Shown: positions 22,525 to 33,066 of the stretch, piece by piece
How the letters are laid out: each line of letters opens with the position of its first letter
Position numbering within the stretch: position 1 is the stretch's first letter
NCBI GenBank assembly: GCA_963804995.1
Contig: CAWDSK010000003.1
Span: 1,696,203 to 1,760,202 of the forward strand
Source of the DNA: an uncultured Acidobacteriota bacterium
GTDB lineage: Bacteria > Acidobacteriota > Terriglobia > UBA7540
DNA length: 64,000 bases
Direction of reading: 5' to 3'
Made by a program: the position numbers and the translations under genes
Notes under the pieces: generated by a model
Database searches by the model: none
Told to the model about the DNA's origin: nothing
The model's input: the letters and a program-made list of their open reading frames with translations, nothing else

Positions 22525-23672
22525 AGTCCCTCCAGGCGCGCGCCGTCACGCAGGCGATCGATCTGGGAAACGGCAACCTTCTCCCCCGCGGCGAGGCCGG
22601 AGAGAATCTCCACCTGGTTCCCAAAAGTCTTTCCTGTTTTCACCAGCCGGTATTCAACTTTGCCATCCGCGCCCACGACGAAAATTCCCTGCAACTCGCC
22701 GTGGTCTACCACCGCCGAACTGGGCACCGCCAAGCCTTTTGTTTCCCCAATGGGGAAGCTTGCCTGCCCGTATTCGCCGGAGCGGCAATTGCAATCGGGG
22801 GGAAGATCGATCTTCACCAGGAACGTGTGGCTGCTCACCTCCGCGACCGGGACGACCTCGGCAACGCGCCCTTCGAATTGGCCATGCTCGGTCGAGACGG
22901 AGACGTTGTCGCCGGCTTTAGCATAGGGGACATACTCCTCCGGAAGGCTTGCTTCCAGACGATATCGTGCTGTGTCCTCCACCGTCAGCACCGGCGTGCC
23001 GGGCATCACCACTGTCCCCGCATCTACCGATTTCGCGGTCACGATTCCGTCGAGGGGTGAAACGATGCGCGAGTAGCTGAGGTAGGTCTGCGCGGAATCC
23101 CGTTGCGAGCGGGCCTGCTGCTGGCGAGCCTTAATCTGCTGCGTTCTTGCTTCCATGGAGCGTTCGTTGGCGAGTGCCGACTGGTAGCGTGCCTCTGCTC
23201 CATCGAATTCCTGGCGGCTCAATGAGTTCTTGGCGAGCAAAGCCTTGTAGCGGTTAAGAGTTGCTTCCGCAAACTGCCGGTCGGCGGTGGCGGCCTTGAG
23301 GGCCTGATCGACTTCCGCCCCTCCCTGGATCGCTTCATTCACGCCCGCCTCCGCCCCTTGTACCTGCGCCTGTGGCCCGCGGTCGTCGAGCACGGCGAGA
23401 AGTTGGCCGCGCTTTACGCGATCGCCGGCTTGCACGCGGACCTCGCGGACGGTGCCGGCCAATTGCGCTGCCAGGATCGCGGTCGAGGCGGAACGGATTG
23501 CGCCGACTGCCTGGTATAGCTGAGGGGCGGACTCTAGATGCACGATTTCTGTCTGCACTCCGCTGACCACCGGTCCAGGCTCTGCCAGAGGTTTTTCATT
23601 GGAACTACAAGCGGCAAGAGACCCCGCTGCGGTGGTGATGATAAGTACGGAAAGGATTCTCTTTCGATGCAT
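22521..23672 (-). CDS. RND periplasmic adaptor (MFP), lipoprotein
   Basis: Lipobox [18 protein letters not shown] lipoyl motif; IVSPLDGIV. Confidence 0.9.
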   Translation of the reverse strand: MHRKRILSVLIITTAAGSLAACSSNEKPLAEPGPVVSGVQTEIVHLESAPQLYQAVGAIRSASTAILAAQLAGTVREVRVQAGDRVKRGQLLAVLDDRGPQAQVQGAEAGVNEAIQGGAEVDQALKAATADRQFAEATLNRYKALLAKNSLSRQEFDGAEARYQSALANERSMEARTQQIKARQQQARSQRDSAQTYLSYSRIVSPLDGIVTAKSVDAGTVVMPGTPVLTVEDTARYRLEASLPEEYVPYAKAGDNVSVSTEHGQFEGRVAEVVPVAEVSSHTFLVKIDLPPDCNCRSGEYGQASFPIGETKGLAVPSSAVVDHGELQGIFVVGADGKVEYRLVKTGKTFGNQVEILSGLAAGEKVAVSQIDRLRDGARLEGL

Positions 23673-23707
23673 AAGTATTTCGTCCTTTGTAGACTGTGGC
23701 TGACGCC

Positions 23708-25081
23708 CTATTGGGTGACGGCGGGTGAATCGGGCGCCAGCTCGCCCGTAGCCAATTCCAACGCTGCATAGCTGATTCGATAATCGAACAAGGCGTTCAA
23801 GTAGTTCTTTTGGGCGCTGGTGCGCGCGGCTTCCACTCGCAATAAATCCGTGATGGTTGCCAAGCCCGCTTCATAGCGATTCTGGATGATGCGCAGGCTT
23901 TCCTCGGCCTCCGACTGCGCCTGGCGTGAGACTTCCACGCGCTGCTGCGCGGTGGTCAGATTCTGGAAGGCCTCGCGCACCTGAAGTTTGACGGCGGCAG
24001 CCATTTGCGCCGACTGGGCTTGCGCCTGGCTTTGGCGGTAGTGGGCTGCCGCCAGGCGAGCCCGATTCGCTCCGCCATCGAAAATATTGAAGTTGAGGTT
24101 GACGCCCGCCGTCCAGTTATTGCCTCCTCGCGTGAGAAACGTCTGGTTATCCTCTTCCCACGAACTAAACACGTTCACCTTGGGCAGGAACTCGGCTCGG
24201 GCCATGCGTGAGCCGATGGTGGCGTGCTCAACTCCCAGGTCGGCTTCGCGAAGGTCCGGCCGGCTTTTCAGTGCATGCTGTTGGCGCTCGGCAAGTACGC
24301 CGGCTTCAAAGATTGATTCCTTGAGTCCTGATTCAATAGTGGTTGCGGCGTCCTCCGGTAACCCCATGGCCACATTGAGCGCGGCATGGGCAAGGTCGAC
24401 GGCATTATTCGCTTGCAGCAAATCCTCCTGGGCCTGAGCCAGTTGCACCTGCGCGCTCAGGAGGTCGGAAGGAACCGCTTGGCCTTCTTCCTGCCGTGCC
24501 TGGGCCCGATGGAGGTCCGATTGCGCGGTCTTGACTGCCGCTTCCGCCACGCGTGCGTTCTCCCGGGCCAGTAGTTCGTCCGTGTAGGCTTTCACGACGC
24601 CGAAAATCACTTCCTGTCGCGTGCGCTGGCCCGTTTCACCGGCACCCTGCGCACTCAGTTTTGCGTCCTTGATTCGGCGGCCGATCTGGCCGGCATCGTA
24701 CAAGGGCAGCGCCGCGGTGAATTGAGTGCGGAAATTGTTAAGGGGCGGGGGGGTGTTGAGAAAGCCCAGGTCAAAATTCGTGGCCGTGAATTGCCGTTGG
24801 GTCAGCAATGCCCCAAAAACGTAAACGGGATTATTGCCGCGCGTGAATCCTTCGGAAAAATCCACACGCGGCAATCGCGCCGCCCTGGCTTCGGCAATCC
24901 CCTCATGGACGGCCTGAGCGTAGGCAACCGCAGCTTGCACCGTGGGGTTCTTCTCCAGCGCCATGCGGACGGCCTCTGGGAGCGTCAGGTTCTGTGGCGT
25001 CGGTGGAGGTGACTGGGCGCTGGCCAGCAGGGAAGAGCAAATGATTGCCATGACCGTTCGAGCTAAATTCGTCCGTGCCAT
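23708..25081 (-). CDS. TolC-family outer membrane protein
   Basis: LTLPEAVRMALEKNP, RYEAGLATITDLL, LELATG. Confidence 0.9.
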   Translation of the reverse strand: MARTNLARTVMAIICSSLLASAQSPPPTPQNLTLPEAVRMALEKNPTVQAAVAYAQAVHEGIAEARAARLPRVDFSEGFTRGNNPVYVFGALLTQRQFTATNFDLGFLNTPPPLNNFRTQFTAALPLYDAGQIGRRIKDAKLSAQGAGETGQRTRQEVIFGVVKAYTDELLARENARVAEAAVKTAQSDLHRAQARQEEGQAVPSDLLSAQVQLAQAQEDLLQANNAVDLAHAALNVAMGLPEDAATTIESGLKESIFEAGVLAERQQHALKSRPDLREADLGVEHATIGSRMARAEFLPKVNVFSSWEEDNQTFLTRGGNNWTAGVNLNFNIFDGGANRARLAAAHYRQSQAQAQSAQMAAAVKLQVREAFQNLTTAQQRVEVSRQAQSEAEESLRIIQNRYEAGLATITDLLRVEAARTSAQKNYLNALFDYRISYAALELATGELAPDSPAVTQ

Positions 25082-25527
25082 CAGGCTGCCTCAATATGGT
25101 TTTCCGGGCTTTCTTCCGGGAGGATTTCAAACGTGGTTTCGAGTTTGGCAGTCTTTGCAATCATGGCGCCGACCGCGCAGTACTTGGTTTCCGATAGGTG
25201 AATGGCAGCCTTTACCGCCTCCGGATCGATGTGGCCGCGGAGTTTGTGCTTGATTTCTACGCGGGTGAAATAGGCGGGCGGTTCGGGGTTTTGGTCCGCG
25301 CGCAACTCGATTTCGTAACCGGTCACCGTCTGCCGTTTCTTCCGCAGAATGCCAATCACGTCGAAGGCTGTGCAGCCTTCCAATGCCAGAAGCGCGAGCT
25401 CGATCGGTTTGGGGGCGCTGTGGCCGTCCGCGTCGTCCATGACGAGCGCGTGGCCCGTGCCCGATTGCGCCACAAACTGGCGGCCGGCGCCTTCGACGGT
25501 AGTTAGACGTAATTTTCCTTCAATCAT
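25081..25527 (-). CDS. OsmC/YhfA-family protein
   Basis: PIELALLALEGCTAFDV ... SETKYCAV (two conserved Cys). Confidence 0.88.
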   Translation of the reverse strand: MIEGKLRLTTVEGAGRQFVAQSGTGHALVMDDADGHSAPKPIELALLALEGCTAFDVIGILRKKRQTVTGYEIELRADQNPEPPAYFTRVEIKHKLRGHIDPEAVKAAIHLSETKYCAVGAMIAKTAKLETTFEILPEESPENHIEAA

Positions 25528-26341
25528 GGGTCACCTCAAGATTCAGAATGCTCTGCTCGCAGCCATCCGTTGCGAGGGCTGGAAGCCAGTCCTCTTGCGG
25601 CAAGGCGAGCAGGGTTTCAAACTCCTTCATAGCTTGCTCATAGATCTCTATCGCGTCGTGGGCATCGCGGCTGGAGATCTGCCAATAATCCCAACCCGCG
25701 GCCAGACGTGAGCAATCCGGACTAACCGTGAAATATCGGTCGATGATGGCCGGCTGGTATTGGGCAAAGCACTCTTCGAAGCGTGCGAACAACTGGGCAT
25801 CCATCAAGAATCGCCCGGCAAGTTGGGCCTCGAGCGACCGGGCGGCCTCCGCGACGGTGCTACGCGAGAGAACCATTTGCACGATGGCGCGGAGCAGGTT
25901 AATACTCTCCGAAAACCGGCCATCATTAACCCGGAGGCTGTCCTCCACATGTTCGACTTTCCACCCCGATGCTCGGAGGGAGGCGGAGACTTCCCGGGCA
26001 AAAATCTCGGTGTCCACTGTCGCGAAAGCACGGCGGATGCACCGCTCGACCTGCTCCCCGAGTTGGCCCGCCCAGTCACGCAGACTCTCAATCTCCGCCA
26101 GCCCGTAAGCGTCTCTCTGGATCAGGTAAACCGCGCGCGTGCGGGCGAGATGGGGAATGAAGGGTTTGACCGACCGAAAATCCTCAGGGTCACATGCGAC
26201 ATGACATTGTGTCCGGTCCGCGGCCTCGCGCACCACGGCGTAGTAGCCTTCTTCAACTCTTTCTATGCGCGTGGTTGGGGAAGAATCGACGGCATCGAGC
26301 AGCCGCAACCAGATTTCTTGAACTCGCGAGTTCACTTGCAT
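25520..26341 (-). CDS. Hypothetical protein, probable first gene of the osmC-tolC-RND operon
   Basis: ATG at 26341 after GAGGT RBS; overlaps osmC start by 8 nt. The longer 456-aa track call extends antisense into the sigma gene. Confidence 0.65.
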   Translation of the reverse strand: MQVNSRVQEIWLRLLDAVDSSPTTRIERVEEGYYAVVREAADRTQCHVACDPEDFRSVKPFIPHLARTRAVYLIQRDAYGLAEIESLRDWAGQLGEQVERCIRRAFATVDTEIFAREVSASLRASGWKVEHVEDSLRVNDGRFSESINLLRAIVQMVLSRSTVAEAARSLEAQLAGRFLMDAQLFARFEECFAQYQPAIIDRYFTVSPDCSRLAAGWDYWQISSRDAHDAIEIYEQAMKEFETLLALPQEDWLPALATDGCEQSILNLEVTHD

Positions 26342-26608
26342 TTCGCTTACCTCATACCCATAAATGCAATTTGCAGGGAGAGGTGACAGAAAAATTTGGG
26401 GAGCATGTAGGGGGGGCGCGTCAAACTGCCTGCGGAAGAAATGGGGTGCAGTCACCGTGCAGCGGAGTCGCCGGACCAGCATTGATTTCATTGGAGTTAT
26501 GACGATGGTAGAGCAAGGTGTTGGCGACGGAATCGCATTCCCAGTCTGGAAGTGCGATACTACGAATAGCTCGTGATTTCCGTGAGTTTCCTTGGGGGAA
26601 TGGACTAG

Positions 26609-27221
26609 GTGAATACTCAAATCGAAGAAGCACTCAAGAGTTTGCAATCCGGGAATCGCCAGGATGCGGAGCGTGCGCTCGAAACCCTGCAAGGGGTCGT
26701 TTACGGATTTGGAATGAAGGTTTGTGGAAGCCACGAGGATGCTCAAGATACAGCCCAGGAAACACTGATCCGCCTGGCGCGACAGCTCAGAGAGTTTCCT
26801 GACGCGCGGGCTTTGTCGGTGTGGCTTTACAAGGTGGCCAAAACCCAGTGCTTGATGAGCCGCCGAAAAAGCAAGTTCGCGCCTGCACAAATGCTCTCGC
26901 TGGATGACTTGATGCCCAAGGAATCCGACCTATCACCTGCAGGTACAAAATTATGGCAGATAACGCCGGAAGAGATTGTCCTAAGACCAGGAATTGCGGG
27001 GCAGGCTGGAAGACGCCATCTTGGCCCTCCCCAAGCATTACCGTCTGGTCTTGATCCTTCGCGATATGGAACAACTTGATACCCGGGAAGTTGCGGAAGT
27101 GATGGGCATTTCGGAAGAAACGACGAAGAAGCGCCTTCAACGGGCGCGCGTCTTCGTTCGCAATGCGCTGGCGGGTTATGCCCGGCATCTGAGTGAAAGG
27201 AAGAGTAAAAGCCATGCCTGA
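26609..27221 (+). pseudogene. ECF sigma factor split by a +1 frameshift near 26987
   Basis: Region 2 (EDAQDTAQET, LSVWLYKVAKT) in 26609-27079; region 4 (LPKHYRLVLILRDMEQLDTREVAEVMG, RLQRAR) in 26994-27221. Removing one C in AGACCAG joins them. Confidence 0.8.
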
Positions 27222-27447
27222 CCGGCGTTGCAAGCACATCTTCGCCATGCTCTCAGACTACCTGAACGCCGAACTTCCGGTGAAGAAATGCCGTGAGCTG
27301 GAGCGCCACCTGAAAGGCTGCGAGCCCTGCATCGCCTACCTCGAAAGCCTGAAAAACACGGTAGAGGCGTGCCGCCGATATCAAGTGCGCAAGGTCCCTG
27401 CTCCCTCAAAGAAAGTGCGGGAAGCTCTGTTGTTAGCTCTTCGGTGA
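27214..27447 (+). CDS. zf-HC2 anti-sigma factor
   Basis: CKHIFAMLSDYL...ERHLKGCEPC (HxxxCxxC); overlaps the sigma stop. Confidence 0.88.
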   Translation: MPDRRCKHIFAMLSDYLNAELPVKKCRELERHLKGCEPCIAYLESLKNTVEACRRYQVRKVPAPSKKVREALLLALR

Positions 27448-27681
27448 ACAGCATCATTCGGAGCCTCGAGACCTTTAATTGACGGCGGCGATGATTCCCC
27501 GTACAGCCTCTATGTCAAATCTGGCTCAGAACGAATGACAGCCTGATCATCGGGGGCAAAAGCTGCCATGTGAACGCCGGGTGGGAGGAGCGATATAGTT
27601 TGAACGGCGACACGGGAAATGACGGATTATATGAAGGGCGGTCCCATGGCAGGCGTTTGACCTGGCGGAGAGGGAGATCTG

Positions 27682-27861
27682 ATGACAACTTATTCGCATT
27701 CGCCGGACCCTGAAGGAGAAAAGCCACCCTCGTTCGGGATTGGAAAGTTCCTGTTTGTAGTCGTCTTGGCAGTCATTCTTTTTCTCCTTCTCCAAAGCAT
27801 GGTGCATCACCGCTTCTTTAGAGGCGGCCGGGTCAACCGGAAGGGCACCATCGTCCAATAG
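27682..27861 (+). CDS. Small single-TM protein (59 aa)
   Basis: RBS GGGAG; MTTYSHSPDPEGEKPPSFGIGKFLFVVVLAVILFLLLQSMVHHRFFRGGRVNRKGTIVQ. Below the ORF-track cutoff. Confidence 0.55.
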   Translation: MTTYSHSPDPEGEKPPSFGIGKFLFVVVLAVILFLLLQSMVHHRFFRGGRVNRKGTIVQ

Positions 27862-28197
27862 CAGGCACTGAAAAAGTCTTGGTCCCCGCTGCGAATGATG
27901 CCAAGCTACGTGTTCGTTGGCGTGAAGGTCTTTTGCGAACGGCTCACCCCTCATTCCCGCGCAGATGTGGCCCAAAAGTTTGCGAAGGCGAGCGCGTGAA
28001 TCCCACACTCCTTCTTAGCGGAAACCCCAGGAAATCCGAGTACGACGCCCCTTGCCCGTCTTGCGCGCAGATCCCTCTTCGCTCTTGGGCTAGTTTTGCC
28101 CGGGATTTGATGCTACCAACGAAACGGTATGGCTGGGCGTACTTCGAAGGATTGGCTCCCGCTTGCAAATGACGCTGGGAGCATTCATACTCCCACC

Positions 28198-28401
28198 ATG
28201 AGCCTCAAGAGTGCGGCACTCCTGGCATTGATTGGGACAATCCTGCTAACGATTTTGGTATTGGCACATTTCATTTTCACCGTATTGGGGGTCATGCGTG
28301 ATGTGATTCCAGCGATGGCCTTGCTGACGGCGCTGATTCATCTGTTCGCGAGCCTCAGTGTGTTGGTGTTCTTTTATGTCTTCTACCGAAAGCAATCCTG
28401 A
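28198..28401 (+). CDS. Small two-TM membrane protein
   Basis: MSLKSAALLALIGTILL..., two hydrophobic helices, basic C-terminal tail. Confidence 0.55.
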   Translation: MSLKSAALLALIGTILLTILVLAHFIFTVLGVMRDVIPAMALLTALIHLFASLSVLVFFYVFYRKQS

Positions 28402-28442
28402 TACTCGAAGAGTGCCATAGGAGGGGGCAAGGGTCTGGCACA

Positions 28443-29304
28443 TCAGCGCTGGCGATCCGTGAGTAGGGCGTTGCGGTTTTCTCGCGTCTCGTAGATCTTG
28501 CCGTCTGCGGTGAGCAGGAGACTGCGGTTGCCGGTCTCTTCGAACTCCAGCGGACGCGCGCTGATCGTATACGAGGCCACGCGTTCCTCCTTGAACACCG
28601 GACGGAATTCGAAGCGATAGCCATTATTGACGCATGACGCCTGCCCACACATCAATGCGGCGTCGATCCTGCCCGAAGACGCCTTCTTGCCTGCTTCCAA
28701 CGGCGGAGCCAGTGCGGAGAGCGTAGCCGGGTAACTCGCGTCCTTCAACGTCGTCGCATACAATTCCATCGCGGCGGAGTATTTGCGCAGCGTGTCCACG
28801 GCTTTGTTTTCGCGCCGCACAATAGGTGGAACATACCAGTTCGGCAAGGTAACGCCCACAACAAGTAACAAGCATGCATAGTAGAGAGTGCTGCGGAGCA
28901 GCGGAGCGCCAAGGGCGATTCTTCCCGAATAAGCGCGTCGGACATAAATCAGTTGCGCGATCTGGATTAGCAGCAGCGCTATAAGGAAGACTAGCATCGC
29001 TACATCGGAACGATGCGCGCGGCGCATGATTCTCAATGTAGTCAATATCGTCGGTACCAGCGCACAAGCAATGACCACGCAGGCAAGCGCCCATCCCCAG
29101 GCCTGCCCTTCGGCTACTGCAAGCCAGCACAAAGACGGCGTACGGAATCGCCAATAGAACCCCATACACGATAAACCCGATTTCGCAGGTGTAGGCAATG
29201 GCAGAAACGGTTACGGCGAGCGCCGCCAACGCGGCCACGCGGGCCTTGCGCTGGTCGAACACTGCAACTTCTGGCGGACTGCCAATGGTGACGGGATCAG
29301 CCAT
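28443..29304 (-). pseudogene. Membrane protein with pilin-like C-terminal domain, apparent frameshift near 29105
   Basis: N-terminal TM part (MADPVT...SSRR) and C-terminal part (QAWGWAL...YPATLSAL...GYRFEF...YTISARP...GNRS) are in different frames, joined by removing one G. Confidence 0.5.
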
Positions 29305-29488
29305 GCTTGTGCTCCAATCTGCACGGGACAAATTGAGCCGCTAAAGCAACTATGCCCTTGGTGCATGCAGCGACGAGAGAGCAATCCCAGGGTTGGGCGT
29401 TCTCCGGGCCGTAACCTACTTTAATCCAAAGGTGGCGCGCCGACTATGGCACTCAACCCAGTCCCCGGGCAACAACTATACTGGTCAG

Positions 29489-30301
29489 ATGAGCGCAGAT
29501 CCGCGTCATGAGACGATTGTCCGGACTTGGGCCTGGCACCTCGTTCGGTTTGCATTGTCGGCAATGCTGCTCTGCCAGGCACAAGGCTATGCACAATCAG
29601 GACCGCAGCCGCCATGCGGAAAGGAACCTGTTCCGCCCTATCCTGGTCTGGATAACTCGGCCGTCGTGAAGTTGTGGAGCACGTCTGATTTCGGCCGCGA
29701 CTGGAGACCGCCCGCGTGCACCGGTTGGGCTCAGGTGGGCTTTACAACGTTGGTTACCGCAGTCGCGCGATTTCGGCACACCTCGGGAGCTGGGGGCTTG
29801 CTTCGCCACATCGGGGCAATTTCAGAACTCGCTGGCATGCGCTATTGGTCGACCATCGACAAACAGTGGCAAACACTAATTGTGGATGCCTACGCTCTCG
29901 CCGGCTCGCAGACCGGTCAACGCCGCGGAAACTTTTCACCCGATGAGATGAAGAAAGGCACGGTATTTTACTATGAACAGGTCGATAACCGTTCTGGCAA
30001 AGAGATCTACCGAATGCACATTGCTGAGGCTTCGGCGGACCGGCTCGTTATCGATGTCGAGAATGTCAGCACGATTCGCTATCTCTTCGTGCCCCTCTTC
30101 CACCCGGGAGAGATGCAGTCGATCTACTTTCTGGATCGCGAATCGGAAAATGTCTGGCGATTTTACAGCATCGTGCGCACAGGAAAGAACGCGAACCGGC
30201 TGGTGACGAGAAATGAGTCTTCCGCGGTCAACCGGGCTGTTGCGTTCTATCGCTACCTGGTCGGAATTCCCACCGACCAGGAGCCGCCAGCGGCGCGATA
30301 A
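29489..30301 (+). CDS. Secreted hypothetical protein
   Basis: Signal-peptide-like N-terminus and a long coherent ORF; no family assigned with confidence. Confidence 0.6.
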   Translation: MSADPRHETIVRTWAWHLVRFALSAMLLCQAQGYAQSGPQPPCGKEPVPPYPGLDNSAVVKLWSTSDFGRDWRPPACTGWAQVGFTTLVTAVARFRHTSGAGGLLRHIGAISELAGMRYWSTIDKQWQTLIVDAYALAGSQTGQRRGNFSPDEMKKGTVFYYEQVDNRSGKEIYRMHIAEASADRLVIDVENVSTIRYLFVPLFHPGEMQSIYFLDRESENVWRFYSIVRTGKNANRLVTRNESSAVNRAVAFYRYLVGIPTDQEPPAAR

Positions 30302-30974
30302 AAGCAGGAGTTTGCAGCTCTCGCAGCTTTGCTCAAGATAGCCTTCATTGACGACCCCGTTGAGGTCACCCACGGAGTGATGCTCATTCTCAACTGCCAA
30401 GGTCCTGGGCCGCTGATCGGTGGGCAGACTTTTCTTCAGGGTGAACTTGGCGTATTCGCTTCCAGTCCGCGGGCCTACCAGCAGAGCGCCATGCACTGCT
30501 TTCTTTTGCAGGACAAGATTCAAAGCCAGTTGCCGGGTTCCGCGCGGTTGAGGTGTACCCAGAAGTGCCTTCGCCCTGCCAAGAGCAACCCTGAACATGA
30601 GCCTTCCACCCTCATGGACGAGTCTGTCTACAACGCTGAGAGCCAGGTTCGACAGACGATTCATCTTCGACCTCGATTGGGGATGAGGTGTGGAAATCTG
30701 CGCTGCTTGAGAAGCCGGCTTGAATACCAAATAAGCGACAATTTGCGCCTTTTCGCTCACCCCTCGTTAGTGCTCCCTCCTCTCCCAAGGCGGCAACATC
30801 AGCCGAGCGCACGATGGCCACTGAGGTGCTTTAAATGGTGCTGTGAGTGTAAAGCACCAGCATTAGTATCCTGCCGCGCAAACATCCTTCGCCATATGAG
30901 CAAGCTCGGAGAGAGAGTCCCTTTCCAAGGGCGCAATACGCAGACTTCCCTAACAAGAGACTGAAGGCGCGACC

Positions 30975-31607
30975 ATGGTAGGACAATTAGGCAAACGGGT
31001 CTTGTTAATAGACGACGATCCTCTTATCCGAAAGCTCATCTCGGGATACTTGGTGGCTGCGGGGTATGTCGTTCGAACGGCGGTTGACGGTCTGGATGCA
31101 CTCGGAAAACTCCGCGCTGGACTCCCGGACTTAATTATTTCCGACCTTAACATGCCCCGCATGTCAGGGTTTAAGTTTCTTGACATAGTGCGCAAACGTT
31201 TCCCGCAAATACCCGTCATTGTCATCAGTGCCATCGCCGCTGATGGAATGCCAAAAGAAGTGACCGCCGACGCTTATTACCACAAGAATGGATTCGGATT
31301 TGAGCCGCTCCTGCAAACCATCTCGGACCTGACCAGAAAACCTCCTCTGCGAATTGCCCGCCCACACATTGACAACAACCCAGTCCAGGCAAGATGGGAT
31401 GGGGACGGGCACTACATCATCGGTTGCGACGACTGCTTGCGCGCATTCAGTGTTCCCCGGGCCCCTAACGTAGGGCGAGATGAAAAGTGGACTGTCCATG
31501 GCTCTATTTCCCCGAATCCTTTGTTTGCTCTTGTATATCATCCCAAGATCAACTCGTTTGTCTACCGAACCGAGAAACAGGTACCCTATCGAAGCTGGAC
31601 CGGGTGA
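30975..31607 (+). CDS. Response regulator receiver protein with C-terminal CxxC segment
   Basis: VLLIDDD, PDLIISDLNMP, PVIVISA, YYHK. The C-terminus may be scrambled. Confidence 0.8.
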   Translation: MVGQLGKRVLLIDDDPLIRKLISGYLVAAGYVVRTAVDGLDALGKLRAGLPDLIISDLNMPRMSGFKFLDIVRKRFPQIPVIVISAIAADGMPKEVTADAYYHKNGFGFEPLLQTISDLTRKPPLRIARPHIDNNPVQARWDGDGHYIIGCDDCLRAFSVPRAPNVGRDEKWTVHGSISPNPLFALVYHPKINSFVYRTEKQVPYRSWTG

Positions 31608-31821
31608 CCTCGATCCTGCCCAGGCAGGGGCCGACGCGGTCGTTGCGGGGGTTGGGGCCACTGATTCGCGGATCAGCGGTCGCCCGCTTCTCTGCCATGT
31701 GTTTTCTTTCAGCTTCACCGAGGCCAGGGAGGAACTGTGTGCTAATTGTGTGCAGGATACTCGCTACCAATAATCTCGTTCCATTGAACTTCTCTGAAGA
31801 CCTTGTTAGCCTTCGTTGTCC

Positions 31822-32650
31822 ATGTCTACCCCACTACTTTCCGCCTTGGGCAGCATCCGATCTTGGTTTCGGACTCGCGCCAGTTTGCAATTGGAAAACC
31901 TTGCACTCCGACATCAGTTGATGGTTCTGAAGAGGGCCCAGCGTGAGCGATCTCGTCTGGGCGCTGCCGACCGATGGCTGTGGGTTTGGCTCTCTCGCTT
32001 CTGGTCGATCTGGCGCTCAGCGTTGGTCCTCGTCAAGCCCGAAACTGTAGTTGCCTGGCATCGCCGGGGATTCCACAGGTATTGGAGATGGAAAAGTGGG
32101 CGCAGTACACCAGGGAGACCCCAATTGTCTCCGGAGGTTCGTGAGCTGATTCGGAACATGAGCAGAGCTAATCCTCTCTGGGGAGCACCGCGCATTCAGG
32201 GCGAGCTGCTCAAACTCGGAATCGAGATGTCCCAGGCCACCGTCGCGAAGTACATGGCTTGTCAGCGAAAACCGCCCTCCCAAACCTGGCGTACCTTCCT
32301 GAATAACCATGCGAGGCAGCTGGTCTCGACGGACTTCTTCGTGGTGCCGGCCGTCACCTTTCGAGTTCTCTATGTCTTGATCGTCTTGGCGCACGAGAGA
32401 CGGCGCCTTCTCCATTTCAACGTTACTGCGCATCCCACCTCGGAATGGACGGCCCGACAAATGGCCGAAGCCCTCCCGTGGGACACGGCCGCCCGCTACC
32501 TGCTGCATGACCGCGATGCGATCTACGGAGATTCCTTTCGGCAAAGACTCTCCTGTATCACGCCCCGTTCAGCCTCCGGAGCTTGGTGCCGTAGCCGAAC
32601 TTCTTGAAGTCGGTGGACTCCATCACCGGTACGAGCGGCGGGCGGCGTGA
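31822..32650 (+). mobile_element. IS transposase (integrase core domain) with internal deletion
   Basis: LENLALRHQL, ANPLWGAPRIQGEL, DFFVV, LLHDRDAIYG, then a jump to the C-terminal EVGGLHHRYERRAA* in another frame. The segment carrying the catalytic Glu is missing. Confidence 0.85.
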
Positions 32651-33066
32651 GGGCTTGTTCTCGGACGGAAAAGGAGTCTCTCCCCACCTGGAGTCAATCC
32701 CGTTCCGCGAGGACTCTGCACAGGTAAGAACAGGAGTGTCCCCGACTCCGCTCCACCATCCAATGTGGAGCGCGCGTCCATACAGCAGGTCTCTCGCTCC
32801 TTCGACGCTCGCGTGAATAATCCGCTCTTTGTGGCCGATTGAGTTTTTGGCAAAGACAAGGGTCACGGTGTTGCCTGGCAGCCCACTATGGATATCTAGC
32901 CACTGAGGGAGGCTCAGGGCCGATACTTATCCGCGATGCGACCCGAAGGCGACAATATCGACCTGACGACACTATGTCGATGTGAACTTGACGCGCGAGG
33001 GCGGCAGGCGTATGGTTTTCGCGCCGGAAGGTGAAATCGAACGTGTGGATTTATGGAGAGGTGAGT

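Noticed and set aside
27662..27673. CTGGCGGAGAGG matches the 3' end of tRNA-Ser (possible att site)
   Set aside because: Only 12 bp, on the upstream side of the tRNA, and it doubles as the RBS region of the small ORF; chance is likely.
29936..30964. ORFs 29936-30760(-) and 30329-30964(+)
   Set aside because: No recognisable motifs or RBS, and they overlap each other and a better gene; left unannotated.
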